From: an uncultured Rhizobiaceae group bacterium
GTDB lineage: Bacteria > Pseudomonadota > Alphaproteobacteria > Rhizobiales > Rhizobiaceae
Reading direction: 5' to 3'
NCBI GenBank assembly: GCA_943787415.1
Contig: CALSMI010000011.1
Span: 246,235-310,234 of the forward strand
DNA length: 64,000 nucleotides
Shown: positions 60,422-64,000 of the stretch, piece by piece
Layout of the letters: each line of letters opens with the position of its first letter
How positions within the stretch are numbered: position 1 is the first letter of the stretch
Position numbers and translations under genes: made by a program
Notes under the pieces: generated by a model
What the model was told of the DNA's origin: nothing
What the model saw: the letters and a program-made list of their open reading frames with translations, nothing else
The model's database searches: none

Positions 60422-61903
60422 TCAAAACCTGCCGACGCGCTCTATCCCTGCAGAGCTCGTCGCCATAACTGCATCGAGATGTTTGTGAAGCAGTTGCAAT
60501 TTCAATTGCTGACTGTCCGGTTCGTGCCATAGGTTGTGAAATTCCCCGGGGTCCTCCTGAAGGTCAAAAATTTCTCCCAATTCGTGCCCGTGATAAACAA
60601 TCGATTTGTAGCGGCCGTCAAAATTCATGGTTGCATGGGTGGGGACGGATTCTTCTGCCGACCCCAATGCGTCGTTGAATTCGCACACGACACTGTCCTT
60701 GTGATGGCCGGGGTCGGCTTCGCCCACCAATAGCTTGTGCAGGGATTTTCCCTGCATGTAGTAGGGACTATCCACGCCCGCGGCCTCCAGCAGGGTCGGT
60801 GCGATGTCGACCAGTTCAACCAGTGCGTCGCTGACTAAGCCGGATTGATAGTGGCCCTTCCATGAGAACATCAAAGGCACGTGAACCAGGCCTTCAAAGA
60901 AGCGGCAGCCCTTGTAAAGCAATCCATGATCGCCAAGCAATTCGCCATGGTCAGAGTGGAAAATGATGATGGTGTCTTCCAGTTGCCCCGCATCGGCAAG
61001 GTGATCGACCAACCGACCAAACTGCTCGTCGATCAGTTCAATCATCGCATAATAGGCGGCGATAACTTCGCGGCCGTTGAAATCGTCGGGGGGACGTGTC
61101 GCGGTGTTTTCCTGCCGCTCTCCCTCGGCCAGGTCTGCATTGACGCCATTGGGGTCGACGGCATGAACTGATTGCTGGCAAATGTTGCGAAACATCTTTT
61201 GCCGTTCCAGATCGGAGTCTCGGAAAAGCGGACCCGGCAAGGTGTCGGGATCGTAGCGGTCACGAAACTCCTTCGGCGGATCGAAGGGTGGATGCGGATC
61301 AAAGGGGTTGATCGACAACATCCACGGCTGATCACCTTGCTCGTCGATGAAACGAATGGCCATTTCGGTGCACCAGGTCGATTGATGCAGGTCAGCCGGA
61401 ACGCCATTGCAGCAAAAACTGTTGACCGAAGAATAGAGTTCCACGGGATCGACGCCTTTTTCATCGCGCAGCCAGCGGTGATAGGCGTTGGATTCCGAAT
61501 CCAGATTCGGCATGGGATGGTGGCTCCACTCAAACAGGCCGTAACCATCATCGGTGCGTTTTTCAGAACCGGAGGCGGCGCCTGCCAAATGCAGTTTGCC
61601 GATCAACCCGCAATTATAACCGGCATCGGAGAGCAGTTTGGTGACGAGCACCTCGTGATCCGGAAAGTGGGAATTGCCGTTGCGGTGAACGTGATTGCTG
61701 GCTGGATATCGGCCTGTCAGGAATGATGCGCGGCTCGGCGTGCAGATGGGGCTTTGGATGTATGCATTGGTAAAAGCTGTGCCTTTTTCGACAAACTGAT
61801 CAATTTTCGGCGTGTTGATGTGCCGATTTCCCAGCGACCCAATCGTGTCGTATCGCTGTTGATCAGTGCAGTACCAAACAATGTTTGGTCGTTTGCGGGG
61901 CAT
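60422..61903 (-). CDS. Cys-type sulfatase (no signal peptide)
   Basis: PNIVWYCTDQQRYD and SPICTPSRASFLTG (CxPxR), plus FHSDHGE. Confidence 0.85.
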   Translation of the reverse strand: MPRKRPNIVWYCTDQQRYDTIGSLGNRHINTPKIDQFVEKGTAFTNAYIQSPICTPSRASFLTGRYPASNHVHRNGNSHFPDHEVLVTKLLSDAGYNCGLIGKLHLAGAASGSEKRTDDGYGLFEWSHHPMPNLDSESNAYHRWLRDEKGVDPVELYSSVNSFCCNGVPADLHQSTWCTEMAIRFIDEQGDQPWMLSINPFDPHPPFDPPKEFRDRYDPDTLPGPLFRDSDLERQKMFRNICQQSVHAVDPNGVNADLAEGERQENTATRPPDDFNGREVIAAYYAMIELIDEQFGRLVDHLADAGQLEDTIIIFHSDHGELLGDHGLLYKGCRFFEGLVHVPLMFSWKGHYQSGLVSDALVELVDIAPTLLEAAGVDSPYYMQGKSLHKLLVGEADPGHHKDSVVCEFNDALGSAEESVPTHATMNFDGRYKSIVYHGHELGEIFDLQEDPGEFHNLWHEPDSQQLKLQLLHKHLDAVMATSSAGIERVGRF

Positions 61904-62066
61904 GTTTTCTATCCGACATCAGATACAACTGCTTCTTTGATAATTCAGGCTAAACATAATCACTAGTAACGAATGACCCCAAATCCATAACAATAATTCA
62001 TGTAATGGTCGCCACTGGTCCAAAATCTACTGAAAATTCACGCAAATTGCCTTTTTGGCGTAGCGA

Positions 62067-63206
62067 TCAAACAATCATGACATCGGCGGGGCAGGGGGCC
62101 TGCTGGACATCGGTGCGGGAAAGCCCGCCAGAGACTGGATCAATGCGAAAACACTCAACGCTATCGGCATCCTGGCTTGCGACCAGCAAGAACCGGCCGC
62201 TTGGATCACAGGTAAGATTGCGCGCATTCGAACCTGGCAGAAGCGATGTTCGGCTGGAGAAGTTCAGTTTGCCGGACTCCGCATCAATATCAAACTGAGC
62301 AAGGCTCTGGTGCACCCGACAGATATAGTAATAGTGTCGGCCATCTGCGGTTACGCATCCTTCGGCTCCCCAATATTGCGCCTGTCCAAAATTGTCCTTG
62401 TGGTTTTCCCCCTCAAAATCCGCGGGATAACAAAGTTCCGACTGGATCGGTTTCAGCCCGGTCTCATCGTCGACCGCGCAGACAACCACCGTCCCGTCCA
62501 ACTCGCAGTTCACATAGGCCATTCTCAGCGTCGGATGAAACGCGATGCCCCGGGGACCGCTGCCAGGTGCGAAGGGGACTTCGCTGTGCAGGACAAGGTC
62601 TCCCGTCTCAAGGTCCAGTTTATACTGATGGACTCGGTCCGTTCCCAAATCCACGGCATAAACAAAATCTGTTTTTGGGTCGCCGTGTATGCCATGTGGA
62701 TGCGGTGAGGACTGACGTGTGGGATGGGGTCCAGATCCCCTGTGGCCGGGTAGGGCCGTGATCTCACCAATCTCGCCGGTATCCGGGTTAAACCGCAATG
62801 CTGATACGCCCCCTTCCCAATAACGGGTCACCAACAGGAAACAGCCGGTTCGGTCGAAACCGGTGCTGGTGTTGCCGCGTCCACCGGTTGGCCGAGTGTT
62901 GATCTGCGACAGCGATCCGTCCTGGCCAATGCGGTAGGAGGTCAAAAACCCCACCCCTTCTTCTACACCTGTGTGGTGAGAAAGTTCGTGGGTTGCAATG
63001 AGAAAGCGGCCGCAGGGACTTGGTTCCAGCCAGGAGGGGGATGCCTGCTTGGTGACATGGCCGGTGGCAGACAACTCTCCGTTGGCTTCGTCGAAATGGA
63101 AGGAGCTTATGCCTTCGCCAGGTCGCTTTGATCCAACCCAACCCAGTTGCCCGGGTTCAAAGCCGGAATAACAACCAACAAATGCAAAGCGTCGTGCCAT
63201 GCCCAT
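62067..63206 (-). CDS. lactonase-family seven-bladed beta-propeller protein (6-phosphogluconolactonase/cycloisomerase-2-like)
   Basis: 379 aa with repeated blade-like segments and patterns typical of the family (..GSGPRGIAFHP.., ..GSNARNLTCDPSGRFLLVASQDADSV..F.ID..SG.L). Confidence 0.65.
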   Translation of the reverse strand: MGMARRFAFVGCYSGFEPGQLGWVGSKRPGEGISSFHFDEANGELSATGHVTKQASPSWLEPSPCGRFLIATHELSHHTGVEEGVGFLTSYRIGQDGSLSQINTRPTGGRGNTSTGFDRTGCFLLVTRYWEGGVSALRFNPDTGEIGEITALPGHRGSGPHPTRQSSPHPHGIHGDPKTDFVYAVDLGTDRVHQYKLDLETGDLVLHSEVPFAPGSGPRGIAFHPTLRMAYVNCELDGTVVVCAVDDETGLKPIQSELCYPADFEGENHKDNFGQAQYWGAEGCVTADGRHYYYICRVHQSLAQFDIDAESGKLNFSSRTSLLPGSNARNLTCDPSGRFLLVASQDADSVECFRIDPVSGGLSRTDVQQAPCPADVMIV

Positions 63207-63504
63207 CTCCTTTTATCAGTCCGATGTCACGAACCGTAGGCCGTCCGGCATTTTTTACCAAATGATCCGAAGACAAGGCCAACACGGCGTCCGGCGTTCC
63301 CATGGCCATGGCGCACGATGGTTTATCTCCACAATGCCCAACCAAATCCCGCTGGCAACAGCGATTCTCAGTCGAACAAGTGTCTGATTTAAAATCAGAT
63401 TTACCGGCCATCCATACCCAATTTAATATTGGTCTAGACAAAAAGACAAGATAAATCTAAATTGGTCGGACCAATTATTTTGATGCCCTCGGGAAGGAAA
63501 AACG

Positions 63505-64000
63505 ATGACCAGGATGAACAAACGGACTTTGGCGGCAGGGGTAGGCGCATGTGCGCTGCTTCTCGGATCAAGTTTTGGACTAACAACTTTTGCAGGAAAA
63601 TCCGACGCTCACGCAGCTGATTTTCCCTCCAAACCAATCGAAGTTGTGGTGCCCTTCAAGCCAGGTGGCAGAACCGACACGGTGGCTCGACTGTTGGGCA
63701 AAAAAATTCAGGAAAAAGGCTGGCTCTCCCAACCCTTCGTTATTGTTAATGCCGCCGGCGGCGGTGGCGCCAATGCGGTCAGCCGTATGAAACGCGGCGA
63801 TACAGATGGCCACACGGCGGTGCACTGGCACCACCAAATGCTCATTTCAATTGCCATGGGTCTGGGCAACTACGATCTCTCTGCATTCCGTTCACTCGGC
63901 TATACCGGTGGTGGCAGTCCTGTCTGGGCGGTTCGCGCCGACTCGCCGTTCAACTCCCTTGAAGATGTGGTCAATCACCTGAAAAAGGAGCCGCGCTCGC
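63505..64000 (+). CDS. tripartite tricarboxylate transporter substrate-binding protein (Bug/TctC family), open at window end
   Basis: This ORF is not in the ORF track because it has no stop within the window. RBS ggaagga precedes ATG 63505. It has a signal peptide, then DFPSKPIEVVVPFKPGGRTDTVARLL...VIVNAAGGGGANAV, the Bug-family N-terminal signature. Confidence 0.8.
   Translation, partial: MTRMNKRTLAAGVGACALLLGSSFGLTTFAGKSDAHAADFPSKPIEVVVPFKPGGRTDTVARLLGKKIQEKGWLSQPFVIVNAAGGGGANAVSRMKRGDTDGHTAVHWHHQMLISIAMGLGNYDLSAFRSLGYTGGGSPVWAVRADSPFNSLEDVVNHLKKEPRS

Overview
All calls come from reading the sequence and ORF translations. No database search was run. The window is a heavily mosaic accessory region that looks alphaproteobacterial: GroEL/GroES with a CIRCE operator plus a CTTG-N18-CTTATGT RpoH-type promoter, a Bug/TctC binding protein, and a DUF3489/DUF2924/serine-recombinase trio.

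Gene order, left to right:
(1) P450 3' end, then a DUF3489-DUF2924-large serine recombinase module abutting a 5'-truncated enoyl-CoA hydratase, an acyl-CoA ligase and a cupin.
(2) Two near-identical inverted 1.6-kb IS1380-like elements, each flanked by CTAG. They bracket about 14 kb of proteostasis and redox cargo: ftsH, cbpA-cbpM, EamA, AKR, SDR, Gfo/Idh/MocA, LLM oxidoreductase, DsbA-like, groESL, an IS6 remnant, a SAM methyltransferase and an IS-truncated HNH gene.
(3) An IS110 remnant and an orphan ATP-grasp-like gene.
(4) The most interesting locus. gmhB is divergent from a tightly packed operon encoding a 1188-aa repeat-rich autotransporter, hldE, hldD, gmhA and two tandem TPR + GT9-like (heptosyltransferase-like) proteins. 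This is a self-contained ADP-heptose supply plus protein-directed-looking glycosyltransferases, so a candidate dedicated autotransporter heptosylation system.
(5) A RepA-like AAA_25 ATPase module.
(6) Gentisate 1,2-dioxygenase plus an isomerase-like gene, followed by an IS21 element (istAB) inserted into an IS30 transposase remnant with no target duplication.
(7) An orphan iteron-like array of AACAGGGAA boxes with 11- and 21-bp phasing.
(8) EamA and a heterodimeric ABC exporter pair, the second gene carrying two homopolymer frameshifts.
(9) A cytoplasmic desulfation locus: FGE, LysR, three signal-peptide-less Cys-type sulfatases interleaved with an Opp/Dpp-type ABC importer, and a lactonase.
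(10) The start of a TctC/Bug gene at the window end.

No rRNA, tRNA or CRISPR array was found.
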